64,000 bases of DNA from NCBI GenBank assembly GCA_027263115.1, contig GCA_027263115.1_3656.1; one strand, 5' to 3'. The translations under genes were made by a program, and so were the position numbers. Shown here in pieces: positions 1 through 9,730 of this stretch (its first letter is position 1; each line of letters begins with the position of its first letter). The DNA is from a phage. The notes under the pieces are model-generated. The model was not told where the DNA came from. It was given only the letters and a program-made list of their open reading frames with translations, and ran no database searches.

Positions 1-10
1 AAAAAAAAAA

Positions 11-37
11 AGGGGGGCCGTTTGGCCCCTTTCTTTT
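11..37. terminator. bidirectional intrinsic terminator hairpin
   Basis: GC-rich inverted repeat aggggggccgtttggcccct with an A-run upstream and T-run downstream; lies just past the stop of the leftward gene ending at 43. Confidence 0.6.
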
Positions 38-42
38 TATAG

Positions 43-243
43 TTAGTAATACTCCCAACATGCCCCATCTTCAGACGGCTTGACGCGCTTACCTTTATGG
101 TCAACATAGGTATAGCCACAACCTTCACAAATAACAGGTGCTGCATAGCCTTCCTTCCACTGATCCTCAGTGATCAGACCTTCCAAATCTTTGCAGTCAA
201 AGCCAAACAACTCTTCAGAGCAATCTTTACAAAAATCAGCCAT
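43..243 (-). CDS. hypothetical Cys-rich zinc-ribbon-like protein
   Basis: 66-aa ORF with two CxxC pairs; shares a GYAAPxxCExC motif with the ORF at 18873-19355. Confidence 0.5.
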   Translation of the reverse strand: MADFCKDCSEELFGFDCKDLEGLITEDQWKEGYAAPVICEGCGYTYVDHKGKRVKPSEDGACWEYY

Positions 244-246
244 TTA

Positions 247-693
247 TCAGTCCTCGCATTTAACAAATTTTTCTACAGATCCACCAAGCACAGCTTGTTG
301 TTTGATGGCACTTTCTTCATCATAGTGGATAGACTTATGTTCCGTACCTCCAAACTTACCTGTGTGGAAGGTGTGCACCCAAATCTCTTTAGGAAGGGAT
401 TTATTCTCTTCTTCCACCAACTCCCACATTCCCCATAAGTGATCTGTGATATCTCTGATGAAATATCCCTCGCCGAGGTTTGTATTCACACTATAAGCTG
501 ATTCGTGATCTCCACAAATATAACGGAAGGCGGTGTACTCTTTCCCTGGCGTGAAGTGGGTATCCATTAGTATAGCTGTTAAAGAATTAGGGTCTCGAAA
601 TCCCAAAAACTTTAGTTTAACAATTTCGACGTTCACATTTGCAAGATTATCCATGACGATCTCCTCTGTTTGGTTGGTGAGATAATCATACAT
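247..693 (-). CDS. hypothetical protein (weak metallophosphoesterase-like motifs)
   Basis: 148-aa ORF; GDHE and VHTFH motifs loosely resemble calcineurin-like phosphoesterase motifs, order incomplete. Confidence 0.45.
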   Translation of the reverse strand: MYDYLTNQTEEIVMDNLANVNVEIVKLKFLGFRDPNSLTAILMDTHFTPGKEYTAFRYICGDHESAYSVNTNLGEGYFIRDITDHLWGMWELVEEENKSLPKEIWVHTFHTGKFGGTEHKSIHYDEESAIKQQAVLGGSVEKFVKCED

Positions 694-818
694 AGATCTG
701 ATGTTGGGGTCAAGCTTAATTTTAAACGATTTTGGGGAGGTATTTTGTTCAGGAGGGTAATCACATAAGGTAGGGCAATTTATGAAGGCACAGGCCTCGT
801 TTGAGGCCTTAAAACAGA

Positions 819-1199
819 TTATGACGCTTTGACGTAGCGCTCTGACAAAGCTGGGAAGCCAAAAGCAGCACCTACACTACCGTACGCTATCCACCATTGA
901 AGTTCATCGTGACACCATTTTCCGATCAGAAAGGTGCTTGGGTAGCGGGTCAGTATTTTGGCATAAGCTTTAGGGTCTGCATCTTCTGGGATAATGATGC
1001 TTGGAACATCTTTGTTGTGACCACAGCAGCAGTTTAGAGTTTTCAATCCTGCTGCCCATAGACTCATAATAGGCTTAACCATGCACTTATCAAGGCACAC
1101 ACGTTTTTTGCCGTCACGGAGCTTTTTAGGCACATCAACGATAACATTTGGATGCTTGGCACCTTTCACTTTCCAATTATAGGATTTACACTTGCACAT
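819..1199 (-). CDS. hypothetical Cys-rich protein
   Basis: 126-aa ORF with CKCK and NCCCGHN motifs; no confident family. Confidence 0.45.
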   Translation of the reverse strand: MCKCKSYNWKVKGAKHPNVIVDVPKKLRDGKKRVCLDKCMVKPIMSLWAAGLKTLNCCCGHNKDVPSIIIPEDADPKAYAKILTRYPSTFLIGKWCHDELQWWIAYGSVGAAFGFPALSERYVKAS

Positions 1200-1502
1200 T
1201 TAATCAGTCTCCGTCTAGAAAGCTATGTAACTAAAAATGACGCACAAAACTACCTAGCAATGCAATCTTATACCTGCGGTGAGTTAAGTGCGCTGCAGGG
1301 GCTCCTGTTGCGTTTTAAGTCATATCTTACTTAAAGTCTTTATCACCTGCCACGATTGCATGAATCCACTCATTGTGATGCTCAATAGCGGTGAGATGTA
1401 GCATGATGTAGTGATCGTCATTGCCAAACATGGTATGATAGGCTTTGGCAGCATTTTGATATAACTTCCACATCAGGTAATGATATCTTCGCCTCATGGC
1501 TC

Positions 1503-1973
1503 TTACTCCGGTTCAGGATCTGGGTAATCTTCAATAATAAAGGGCCATCCGTTCCGCTTAGCCTCAGACTTATACTCGATCTCCTTCATTGCAAACTCTA
1601 ACTGATTCTTAGCCGGAATACATGCCGGAGAATCATCAATCCAGATATCTGGGTAGATATCAAACTGCGCCAGATAGGCTGCCTTCTGAACACCACCAGT
1701 ATAAAACACACCAACATTGAGCTCCTTGCGCCAATACTCGATGTCTACATTGTCTTGAGTAATGAATCGGAAAGTCACAAGGTAGACTGTCCACCCCTCT
1801 TTCTTCAGATCCCTGATCAGGCGGGAGAAGATGAAAGGGCTCGCATTAAACGTTCCATCAAAGTCAATGGCGATGATGTGCGTGCCGTGGCGAGTCTCAT
1901 ATGGATTGCTTGTGGTAAGATTGCTGTAGTTAAAAGGGACCTCTTCCCCGCAGTAGCTGTAGTCCATATTCAC
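1503..1973 (-). CDS. HAD-superfamily hydrolase, possible nucleotidase
   Basis: IAIDFDGT near N-terminus matches HAD motif I (DxDGT); 156 aa. Confidence 0.55.
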   Translation of the reverse strand: MNMDYSYCGEEVPFNYSNLTTSNPYETRHGTHIIAIDFDGTFNASPFIFSRLIRDLKKEGWTVYLVTFRFITQDNVDIEYWRKELNVGVFYTGGVQKAAYLAQFDIYPDIWIDDSPACIPAKNQLEFAMKEIEYKSEAKRNGWPFIIEDYPDPEPE

Positions 1974-2245
1974 ACCTTCTCGTTGATAAATTTACGGGCG
2001 GTTTGGTGAGTTGTTTCTGCTGTCTTCAGAATGATATTAATTTTATCGTCAAGATCATTCATCTCAGCAGTTAATTCAGGAATCTCTCCGGCATGCATGG
2101 TGAAATCATACATAGACATGCCCAGGATCTCATTGATGCGGCGGTTGCATTCTGCAGCACGCTGGTTCATTTTCCAAGCTAACACCAAAGCCTCCTGCGT
2201 AGCCTCTAGTGCAAAATCTAATACGTCGGCCTCTTCTTTCGTCAT
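1970..2245 (-). CDS. hypothetical protein
   Basis: 91-aa ORF, stop/start overlap with neighbour. Confidence 0.45.
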   Translation of the reverse strand: MTKEEADVLDFALEATQEALVLAWKMNQRAAECNRRINEILGMSMYDFTMHAGEIPELTAEMNDLDDKINIILKTAETTHQTARKFINEKV

Positions 2246-2302
2246 CTTAGTCTCTCCTGTTGTATTGTTGGTAGGTGTATGAATACCTTATAACTCACCT
2301 TT

Positions 2303-2869
2303 TTATTCAAACTGCAATAGTAAGTCCACCACCGCGCTAGGTCTGTCAACAAATTCCCCAGGTCCACATGCCCACAGAGGGTATCCGTCTACATACCGCC
2401 AAATCCAACCTGCAGTGTGGAGTTCGAGCAGGGCAGTACCGTCCTTACTGTCAACCACTCTTTCCCACAGTGTCGGGCAGCGAAGCTTGAGGATCGGATC
2501 CCCTCCCTTATACCCATCCATGTAGATACCCATTGCAAAGTTCAGCATCATCTTTTTGTGCACTGATCTTTTACTGAGGGTACTCATCACTTCCTCTTTG
2601 TGAATGTTTGTAAGCTTCTCCTTGGCTACCCGCAGATCGTTGCAACCATTGTTCAGCAGATCTTCCAGACACTTGATCCGAAGGTCGTGAATGTCTTTGT
2701 CGTGTACCGTTGGCACAGGGTCGTAGCGGTATAGCACTGTTGATACAAGGTTGCTCGGGTGTGGGTCTGACAGCAACCCATAACCCCAATACTCTTCTGT
2801 ATCTGAAAGGACAAGACACCCAATGTCTCTGTCAAGCTTTCCTGTGTTGTAAGCCACATTGACCGCCAT
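2303..2869 (-). CDS. hypothetical protein
   Basis: 188-aa ORF in co-oriented gene block. Confidence 0.5.
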   Translation of the reverse strand: MAVNVAYNTGKLDRDIGCLVLSDTEEYWGYGLLSDPHPSNLVSTVLYRYDPVPTVHDKDIHDLRIKCLEDLLNNGCNDLRVAKEKLTNIHKEEVMSTLSKRSVHKKMMLNFAMGIYMDGYKGGDPILKLRCPTLWERVVDSKDGTALLELHTAGWIWRYVDGYPLWACGPGEFVDRPSAVVDLLLQFE

Positions 2870-2871
2870 GA

Positions 2872-3117
2872 CTATAGCTCCACTAGCAAAGTGCTTTCAA
2901 AGTGCCGTTCATGCAAACCGTTGTAAGGGACCACTTCTACAACGCCATCACGGACATATGGGGCCATCATGGTGGTATAATCTCCAAACGGGTTGGTATT
3001 GTCACTAACCACAACCACCTTCTGCCCTTCCTTGGCAGAGTGCCAAATAGATCTGCACTTCATCAGGTGTTCGAGAGCTCCAGGTAAAATTTTGTTACGT
3101 TCTTTACGGGTCTTCAT
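2872..3117 (-). CDS. hypothetical protein
   Basis: 81-aa ORF, tight spacing with neighbours. Confidence 0.45.
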   Translation of the reverse strand: MKTRKERNKILPGALEHLMKCRSIWHSAKEGQKVVVVSDNTNPFGDYTTMMAPYVRDGVVEVVPYNGLHERHFESTLLVEL

Positions 3118-3563
3118 AACAGATATAGCTCCTTATGAAAGTGGTCTTTTAATTTCTCACTGAGAAACTTCTTGATACCTTCCTCTAAAGTGTTTTCGAT
3201 GTAGTCCAGCTTAACTGCTTCGATGGACATATCATAGATCGCCAGCTCTAAGCTGTCAAGTCCCATCATAGCATGAACCATAAGATTTTCATCTTCAGAT
3301 ACATTCAGGGGGCTTCCTATAACATCTGGAGGCAGAATAGTTTCCCAATTATTCTGGGCGGTAGTTCTCCCTCCCTCTACTTTACGGCGCAGTTCGAATG
3401 TGTTCTTAGTGTAGAACACTTCATAAGAAACGATACGACTGTCGCTCTCATAATAAACGAAGTTCAGGTAGGAGCCTAGCCGCAGTCGGCAAACTTCCAC
3501 CCCAAACCATTGTTTCTTATAAGAATTCAGGCTAATGCTGTCGCATTCACGTTTGCTCAACAC
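3114..3563 (-). CDS. hypothetical protein
   Basis: 149-aa ORF, overlaps upstream stop. Confidence 0.5.
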   Translation of the reverse strand: MLSKRECDSISLNSYKKQWFGVEVCRLRLGSYLNFVYYESDSRIVSYEVFYTKNTFELRRKVEGGRTTAQNNWETILPPDVIGSPLNVSEDENLMVHAMMGLDSLELAIYDMSIEAVKLDYIENTLEEGIKKFLSEKLKDHFHKELYLL

Positions 3564-3578
3564 GGCTCTCTCCTTTTA

Positions 3579-3812
3579 TTAATCTTCGTAAATCAGGATT
3601 TCTGCTTTAGGTTTTCGTGCTTTCAGGTCCAGCTCTATCCAGTGCACCATAGCTGTTTCAAGAAAAACAGCTTGGATGCATCCGTCCTCAGCGTGCCCCA
3701 CCAACATAACGAGATCTTCACCTTCGTCATCTGCATCACGAACATAAAGAATCTCTCCAGATTCAAAGTCTTTCACAACCTGATTGCTAGATAATTTACG
3801 AATTTTTGCCAT
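3579..3812 (-). CDS. hypothetical protein
   Basis: 77-aa ORF. Confidence 0.45.
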   Translation of the reverse strand: MAKIRKLSSNQVVKDFESGEILYVRDADDEGEDLVMLVGHAEDGCIQAVFLETAMVHWIELDLKARKPKAEILIYED

Positions 3813-3813
3813 A

Positions 3814-4077
3814 TCAGAAACCCTCTAAAAAGCTCTTGTAGAAAACAATCTCAGTATCCACACCAGTCACAATCTTGTCGTTCCTGATTTCATCGGTAAG
3901 ATAGGTGTCAAAACGCAGAACCTGTGTGGTGTTGTCACACATCCACTCAGCTGTGACCATTGCGAAAATCTTAGCATCTTCATTATCTGGTGTGAATGTT
4001 ACCACCTCACCGCACTTAAACTTTTCGATAGGTTGAGTGTTAGCTTTCGGTTCTGCGATAGTGATTTTTGTGGTCAT
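3814..4077 (-). CDS. small protein, tandem paralog 3 of 3
   Basis: 87 aa; same length as the two upstream ORFs, shared N-terminal pattern, ATGA overlap. Confidence 0.55.
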   Translation of the reverse strand: MTTKITIAEPKANTQPIEKFKCGEVVTFTPDNEDAKIFAMVTAEWMCDNTTQVLRFDTYLTDEIRNDKIVTGVDTEIVFYKSFLEGF

Positions 4078-4340
4078 TATTCTCCTCCTTCTTTTGAATA
4101 GCTTGTCTCTCCAAGGATGGTAATTTTGGTGTCAAGCTCTGTAACTTTCATGTTTGGTGGCAGATCGTACAACTCATTATTTTCTAAATCGAACCCCCAC
4201 ACACAATGTTCTCCTGTTTTGACAATCATAACTATGTTTTGAATGCCGTCTCCGTCGCAACTTACCACGGTCCCACACGGAAAGCTGTCTGCACGCTTTT
4301 TGTTCTTCACCTTAGAATTGAATACAATGCTGGTAGCCAT
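4077..4340 (-). CDS. small protein, tandem paralog 2 of 3
   Basis: 87 aa; MATxxxFxSxxKxKK start shared with the 4340-4603 paralog. Confidence 0.55.
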   Translation of the reverse strand: MATSIVFNSKVKNKKRADSFPCGTVVSCDGDGIQNIVMIVKTGEHCVWGFDLENNELYDLPPNMKVTELDTKITILGETSYSKEGGE

Positions 4341-4603
4341 TATTGTTCCTCCACCATAACTTCGCCAAGAATTTCTATGCAGGCATCCATTTCTGTAACA
4401 ACCAAACTGTGAGGTAGTTCTACAAACACCTTTCTGAACAGGTCAAATACCCCAACATATATGTTTGCAGGATGTGATTTTACAACAAGTGCTGTATTCA
4501 CATCCCCAAGTTCATCAACAAACATCACCACAGTGCCTGGAGCTACTGAGGACAGATACTTCTTAGTTTTACGGTTTGATGCAAATTTTAACTCTGTTGC
4601 CAT
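4340..4603 (-). CDS. small protein, tandem paralog 1 of 3
   Basis: 87 aa; first of three head-to-tail paralogs. Confidence 0.55.
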   Translation of the reverse strand: MATELKFASNRKTKKYLSSVAPGTVVMFVDELGDVNTALVVKSHPANIYVGVFDLFRKVFVELPHSLVVTEMDACIEILGEVMVEEQ

Positions 4604-4635
4604 AAATAACCTCCTCTCTTACTTAGCGTACTCGA

Positions 4636-6099
4636 TTAATTCCACAGTTTTCCCAAAGCTCGGGATATAATTTTTATTATACCCCTCAGTGAGGACCCAT
4701 AGAGTATCGTACTTTTCCACTTGTTGTCAACAACCTTTTGTTCAAAGTTATGCTCAAAGTATAGGTCGGTCAGGACGATGACATCTTTTGCATTAGGTAT
4801 GTTGGCATCCAGATACTCGAACACGCAAGCAGCTGTTGTGCCCCATGTTGAGTGGACCTCATAGTTGATCATCTCGTCTATGTTGCCGCGAGTGTATACT
4901 TTAACCTCTCCAACCTCAGTTGACCAACAGAACATTGTAACCTTAAACTCTTTATACAGATTGCACAATCCGGTGATTTCATTGAACATTTTCTTTAAAG
5001 TTCTTTGAGAGATCGAGCCAGAAACGTCTAAAGCCACCACAATATCTATAGTGTTTTCCGGATTACGACCAGGAACAATAACGTGCTGGTTCTTGTTTAT
5101 AGCCCCAACTTTTCGCATTGTGCTGGTCAAAGACCCAGATCGGCGACCAGGTTTTCTGTAGGTCAGTTCGGCCTTTCTTTTAGACAACATGCGTTGCTTA
5201 ATGATGTCTATATAGTTGATTACAGGTTTACCTCTGTTCTTGACAAACTCACGCACCGCCTCAGGGCAACGGCCTCCGGACGCTTGCATTGCTGCCTCCA
5301 GCATATCACCAGAGTCCTGCATGGCCTGATCTTTATCAGATTGGCTGATTACAGGTTGTGGCTGATCATACCCCATAGCCTTTCCAAGATTATCGCTGGT
5401 GCCACCGTTCCCACTCATGTGATCATCGGTTTGTCGCTTATCACTTTGAGAGTTCTCACCTTTACCGTTCTTACTTTTACCGTTATTCTGATCTCTTTGC
5501 TTATCAAGAACTGCATAAACGTTCTCAGCAATCCATCCATGAAACTTCATGTCGCAGTAGCAGCTGGCTAAGAAGCCAAAAGGCTTACCTTTCACGAACG
5601 TAGTGCTTTTCCCCTTCGGGAAGAAAACACAAGGAGGTTTGCTAAAGTCAACCACAAGGCCTGTGTTGATAACGTGATCACAAGCAATATTGAACAGTTC
5701 CGGCTCAAAGCTTTTACCACGGACTAGGTGATCACAGATAATATGCCCCACCTCATGTGACAGAAGGAAGGCCACCTCTTTCACAGATTTTGGGGAATAG
5801 AAAACTTCAGCCATCTCAAACTGCTCGTCAGTTAGAGAAGCCTTAAGAATAGCCTTGCGTTCATCAGCCAATCCCATAATGAACTCAGGACTGTAATAGA
5901 TGCGTTTATGGTCGGTTGCCATGGTGGAGCACCATGTGTGGTTTTCTACGAACTGCAACCCTGACAGTAGTGTGCCATAGAACGGCAGCTTTTCAAGGAG
6001 ATACATACGTGCAGCCTGCAACATTCTCAGGGCATCATCTTTCTGCGAGGCAATGATTTCTGAACTTCTGCTATCCATTAAAACTCCAGAAGGGGCCAT
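4636..6099 (-). CDS. vWA domain protein with N-terminal HExxH putative metallopeptidase domain
   Basis: HEVGH zinc-peptidase motif plus VVALDVSGSIS MIDAS-type vWA motif; real start may be the internal Met near 6078 preceded by GGAG. Confidence 0.65.
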   Translation of the reverse strand: MAPSGVLMDSRSSEIIASQKDDALRMLQAARMYLLEKLPFYGTLLSGLQFVENHTWCSTMATDHKRIYYSPEFIMGLADERKAILKASLTDEQFEMAEVFYSPKSVKEVAFLLSHEVGHIICDHLVRGKSFEPELFNIACDHVINTGLVVDFSKPPCVFFPKGKSTTFVKGKPFGFLASCYCDMKFHGWIAENVYAVLDKQRDQNNGKSKNGKGENSQSDKRQTDDHMSGNGGTSDNLGKAMGYDQPQPVISQSDKDQAMQDSGDMLEAAMQASGGRCPEAVREFVKNRGKPVINYIDIIKQRMLSKRKAELTYRKPGRRSGSLTSTMRKVGAINKNQHVIVPGRNPENTIDIVVALDVSGSISQRTLKKMFNEITGLCNLYKEFKVTMFCWSTEVGEVKVYTRGNIDEMINYEVHSTWGTTAACVFEYLDANIPNAKDVIVLTDLYFEHNFEQKVVDNKWKSTILYGSSLRGIIKIISRALGKLWN

Positions 6100-6112
6100 T
6101 GGCCCCTGTTAT
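6087..6112 (-). terminator. intergenic hairpin, possible leftward terminator or attenuator
   Basis: inverted repeat aggggccattggcccct between the 6112-7155 stop and the next gene; weak U-tract. Confidence 0.35.
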
Positions 6113-7155
6113 TATTTAACGTGTTTGAAAATACCTGCCAACTCGGTCATTGTCATGCGGGTGGTCTTCATAAGATCTGTCATAGCTTTCTCCATAATTG
6201 GAGATACTACCATAAAGTTTCCTTTAGTGAAACCTTTATTCCAGTCGGTCACCAACAGAGGTTTAAGTCCAGCTCCAAGACGTTCACCAGTTAAAGCACA
6301 GCATTTGCGAATATACGAACTCTTAAATTGGCTGAACGACAGATCAACTTTCATACCTACATCGTAGAACGTTTGACAATAGAAAGTGTAAGCTTTGGCA
6401 ATCTCAACATCATCAGGTAGTGCAGGAACCTCTTCTGTAAGCTCCTCTTCGACCTCCTGAGTCTCTTTTTCCTCTTCATGCACCTGTTGCGTCATTTCTT
6501 CAATCTCTTCTGTGATAGGCTCGTTTACAATGTCGGAAATGTGCTTCTTGGGTGCACGATAAGTAACTTTAGACATCGGTAGCATATCTTCCTCCTCTTC
6601 TTCGTCAAAGAGTGCTAGTTTATCCTCTTCCGTTCCATATTGCAAGATGAAATCTTCAAAAGTATAATCACCTTTCAATTTCTCCATACGCTCTTCGCTC
6701 AGGTGGAGCATCATCTGCTGGACAATTTTTCGATCAGTTTCGTCTTTAATCAAGACTGCAGTCTTTTTATCTACCAGACAGTCCTTTAGAGAGTTGCATC
6801 TCAATCCCACCACACAACAGTTATCAACCGCATAAGGACCTTCATCATCTATCCGCTCCAGAGATGGGTAGAAAGGATTTCCCAGCCCGTTTTCATCTGT
6901 GTGCATGTCAAAAGGTATAAGGGTATAGTCGCATACTCCATCTCCTAAAAGTTTTTTACCAAATAGGAGGTATTCTTCCCATGACAGGTCGAACTCTATA
7001 TCTCGTTTCCGTGCGTTATTCTGTTTGCGTCTATATTTTTTGAGCAAGCGCTCTAACTCTTCTGGTGTATAATATTTTTCAAGATTCATGAGTCGTCTCT
7101 CGTGCTCTGTAAGTGAAGAAATCGTATCAATTGTCTCAACAGATGTCAACATCAA
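6112..7155 (-). CDS. HNH-like endonuclease domain protein with acidic C-terminal region
   Basis: N-terminal region carries an SLERID...PY..DN....CN..K pattern typical of a phage HNH variant; possible internal start at MSKVTYRA (see inverted repeat finding). Confidence 0.45.
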   Translation of the reverse strand: MMLTSVETIDTISSLTEHERRLMNLEKYYTPEELERLLKKYRRKQNNARKRDIEFDLSWEEYLLFGKKLLGDGVCDYTLIPFDMHTDENGLGNPFYPSLERIDDEGPYAVDNCCVVGLRCNSLKDCLVDKKTAVLIKDETDRKIVQQMMLHLSEERMEKLKGDYTFEDFILQYGTEEDKLALFDEEEEEDMLPMSKVTYRAPKKHISDIVNEPITEEIEEMTQQVHEEEKETQEVEEELTEEVPALPDDVEIAKAYTFYCQTFYDVGMKVDLSFSQFKSSYIRKCCALTGERLGAGLKPLLVTDWNKGFTKGNFMVVSPIMEKAMTDLMKTTRMTMTELAGIFKHVK

Positions 7156-7162
7156 AAACGTG

Positions 7163-7191
7163 TTGACTTTACTCTAACTCCACAATATAGT
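7163..7191 (+). promoter_or_regulatory. sigma70-type promoter
   Basis: TTGACT-17nt-TATAGT in the divergent intergenic region upstream of the 7232 gene. Confidence 0.6.
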
Positions 7192-7231
7192 GCACCCATT
7201 CGAAAGAAAACTAACATAGGAGCACTTACTT

Positions 7232-8131
7232 ATGGCAAATCTTAACAGTTTTAGTACGCGGTGGAAACAGGACATAACAACCAATCTTTCAGCTGGGGAC
7301 ATCCTTTCTGCAATTTACGAGGCTTTAGATGATAAAGCTACTTCAAAAGCGGTTTGTACCAACCCACTAATTCCTGTAGTGATGAAGGTTATTGAGCGTA
7401 GATTGGTATCTGGGTCTGATAAGTGGACATATTTAGATAATGAAGGACACACCTATTCCAATGGGTACGTCGATATAAAAGTAGAATACGCGGTATCATA
7501 CCGCCGGAGCGGTTCTGTAACTTTCAACTTCTCTGGAGGTTTTCGATCTCTGGCTACCTCACCTTTTGTTTCCTCAGAGGAGAAGTATGAGCTGCCATTT
7601 CTTTGGATGATGGCTAACGCGACAGGAAAAACCCCCGTTAGCATCCGAGTAAAATACAACTACAACGGATCTAGTAAGATCTATGCCGAAAGTGTCTCAG
7701 CAAGTTTTTATTTTGTGATGGGGGATGGAATCCTCAAACATATAAAGATGTGCGATATGCATGATGTTATAAATGAAGTGACTGATAAGAATGTTCTAGT
7801 GAAAGACCTCAACAATTTTTATACACCCGGAGACTATTACGTCAGCCGTCCACTGTGCATCTTTAATGCCGCACACCCTCTAGGTGAGTATTTGATCGCC
7901 AATAGTGATATTGCCAATAACCGCTTCGAGGTAGCAAGAGTTCAGAATGAGGTATTGACATCTTGCAAGAGCGGTGATAAGTTTACCGAAGAAGAGATGG
8001 GTGTTTTAGAAATGATGGGATATAAGTGTAGCCTTTGGGTAGATGAGGTGTTTAATGATTGCATCTATGGACAGGATATTTACCCATTAAAGAAGTATAC
8101 TGATACAAGTTTAATTTATGCGAGGGTTTGA
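7232..8131 (+). CDS. hypothetical protein
   Basis: 299-aa ORF with TAGGAG RBS; first gene of the rightward block. Confidence 0.6.
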   Translation: MANLNSFSTRWKQDITTNLSAGDILSAIYEALDDKATSKAVCTNPLIPVVMKVIERRLVSGSDKWTYLDNEGHTYSNGYVDIKVEYAVSYRRSGSVTFNFSGGFRSLATSPFVSSEEKYELPFLWMMANATGKTPVSIRVKYNYNGSSKIYAESVSASFYFVMGDGILKHIKMCDMHDVINEVTDKNVLVKDLNNFYTPGDYYVSRPLCIFNAAHPLGEYLIANSDIANNRFEVARVQNEVLTSCKSGDKFTEEEMGVLEMMGYKCSLWVDEVFNDCIYGQDIYPLKKYTDTSLIYARV

Positions 8132-8406
8132 CTATGATGAAGGCATGTGGTAATGTATATTACGTCGGTGAACATGTTCAGGCAGACAGTGTGTGGAAAT
8201 CTATTAAGTCCACCACTGACGATGCCTTTCTGAGTGGACTATGTTTCCCCAATCCGGGAGACATCCTCCCTCATCCTGGAGATTTTGTTGTCAACAAGAT
8301 GGACGGTTATACCGTGTGCCTGATGGTTGAAAAAATCTTTTTAGACACTAGACACAATCACCGTCTTGTGTTAAAATTTCAAGAATGTAAAATGACAATT
8401 GCCTAA
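8128..8406 (+). CDS. hypothetical protein
   Basis: 92-aa ORF, ATGA overlap. Confidence 0.5.
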   Translation: MTMMKACGNVYYVGEHVQADSVWKSIKSTTDDAFLSGLCFPNPGDILPHPGDFVVNKMDGYTVCLMVEKIFLDTRHNHRLVLKFQECKMTIA

Positions 8407-8419
8407 GGAGACCTTACCG

Positions 8420-8776
8420 ATGTCTAAAGTTACTTATCGTGCAGCTATTTACTGCAATGAACACCCAATCAATAATGATGGTCACTGCCTTTTTAAAGAA
8501 AATCAATTGGGCTGTATTGTCCTCCCTGATGAAGGGGAAGGTTATCTGATTGCATTGACAGGGTTTGAACCTGAGGCTCTGGAAGCCAATCTGGACTACC
8601 TGGTAGAAGAGGGTGCTGCAGACCTGGTTGCCAATGGCCTCTCCATAAGCCTTGACGAAGTAGAGCGCTTCATGGGCAATTACCGTGTAGTGCGTGAGTT
8701 TACTATCGAGGTGGAAACTCCCGAGTGGGGTAGCCATGAAACTAATGCCGAAGAAAAAGAAGAGGAGGTAGAATAA
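8420..8776 (+). CDS. hypothetical acidic protein
   Basis: ATG preceded by AAGGAGA; track start 8399 is a TTG and less likely. Confidence 0.5.
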   Translation: MSKVTYRAAIYCNEHPINNDGHCLFKENQLGCIVLPDEGEGYLIALTGFEPEALEANLDYLVEEGAADLVANGLSISLDEVERFMGNYRVVREFTIEVETPEWGSHETNAEEKEEEVE

Positions 8777-9033
8777 TGAAAGTGCAGATCTTGACTAATG
8801 CCGAGAAGATGTTTATTGAAGATACACCTTTTGAAGCTGGTGAGCTACAGTTCGTTTATTTTGTTGACTTAGATAAGGTGTTTCCTGCACTGAATCTAGG
8901 TTTGGATGAAGTTCCTCATAAGGTTTTGTGCCAAGTTGTTCGTGCCTTAGCGGCAGAGGGGGAGTTCCACACCCTTCAAGATGTCCAGACCTACGGGTAT
9001 CTTGAACTACAACGAGAAGAAGAGGTGGACTGA
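8776..9033 (+). CDS. hypothetical protein
   Basis: 85-aa ORF, overlapping stop/start. Confidence 0.5.
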   Translation: MKVQILTNAEKMFIEDTPFEAGELQFVYFVDLDKVFPALNLGLDEVPHKVLCQVVRALAAEGEFHTLQDVQTYGYLELQREEEVD

Positions 9034-9035
9034 TA

Positions 9036-9416
9036 ATGGCTCAGTGGAAGACAACAGTTGACCTTCATGATCAGTGGTTAGGACGCATCACTGAAGACGG
9101 GAAGCTAGTGGAGTGGGACAATAAGCATGTTAGCGAGTTGGCAAGTATTGTGGCTGGCAAGTTACGCTCCAAGTTCCCTGAACAACTGGATCCTGATAGT
9201 TCAAAGTTCGATCCTGAGTTGGAGGATGTTGTATACTACTTCGATACCGTGGATGACTACGATGCGTGGTTTGCAGCACGGGAGCTTTACCCACAAGGCT
9301 CTGCTATGCGCCAGATGGAAGAAGATTATCCTCCGTGTGAGCAATTCAATAGTGCAATGACTTGCCTCTATGATTGGGCAGATAAGAACCTTGTCTGGAT
9401 TCGGACTGCATTTTAG
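9036..9416 (+). CDS. hypothetical protein
   Basis: 126-aa ORF. Confidence 0.5.
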   Translation: MAQWKTTVDLHDQWLGRITEDGKLVEWDNKHVSELASIVAGKLRSKFPEQLDPDSSKFDPELEDVVYYFDTVDDYDAWFAARELYPQGSAMRQMEEDYPPCEQFNSAMTCLYDWADKNLVWIRTAF

Positions 9417-9460
9417 TGGGCAGGAATGGCGGCAAGGATGCTGCTTAAGGAGTAGTAGAG

Positions 9461-9730
9461 ATGTTATACCAGCAATATGAACTTCGTGCAGAAAAAGAGT
9501 TAAATTTTGACAAAGATATTCACAGATATTATTATGGGAAAGTTAGAGGGCAAGCAAGAAAGTGTACTCCAACACTCTTTTATGCCAGCAGACGACTAGC
9601 GCCAGAAGAGGCAACAGCAGAAAGGGTTGCATACAACTGGGAAGTTGTGTACGATATTGACAGATCCGATGTGATATCTGTTTTGGAAAACTTTGAAAAC
9701 ACTTACACACAAGTAGAGGACTTTTACTAA
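9461..9730 (+). CDS. hypothetical protein
   Basis: 89-aa ORF. Confidence 0.5.
   Translation: MLYQQYELRAEKELNFDKDIHRYYYGKVRGQARKCTPTLFYASRRLAPEEATAERVAYNWEVVYDIDRSDVISVLENFENTYTQVEDFY

Noticed and set aside
247-693. Ser/Thr or metallophosphatase assignment for the 148-aa ORF
   Set aside because: Only partial, out-of-order resemblance to phosphoesterase motifs; kept as hypothetical with a low-confidence note.
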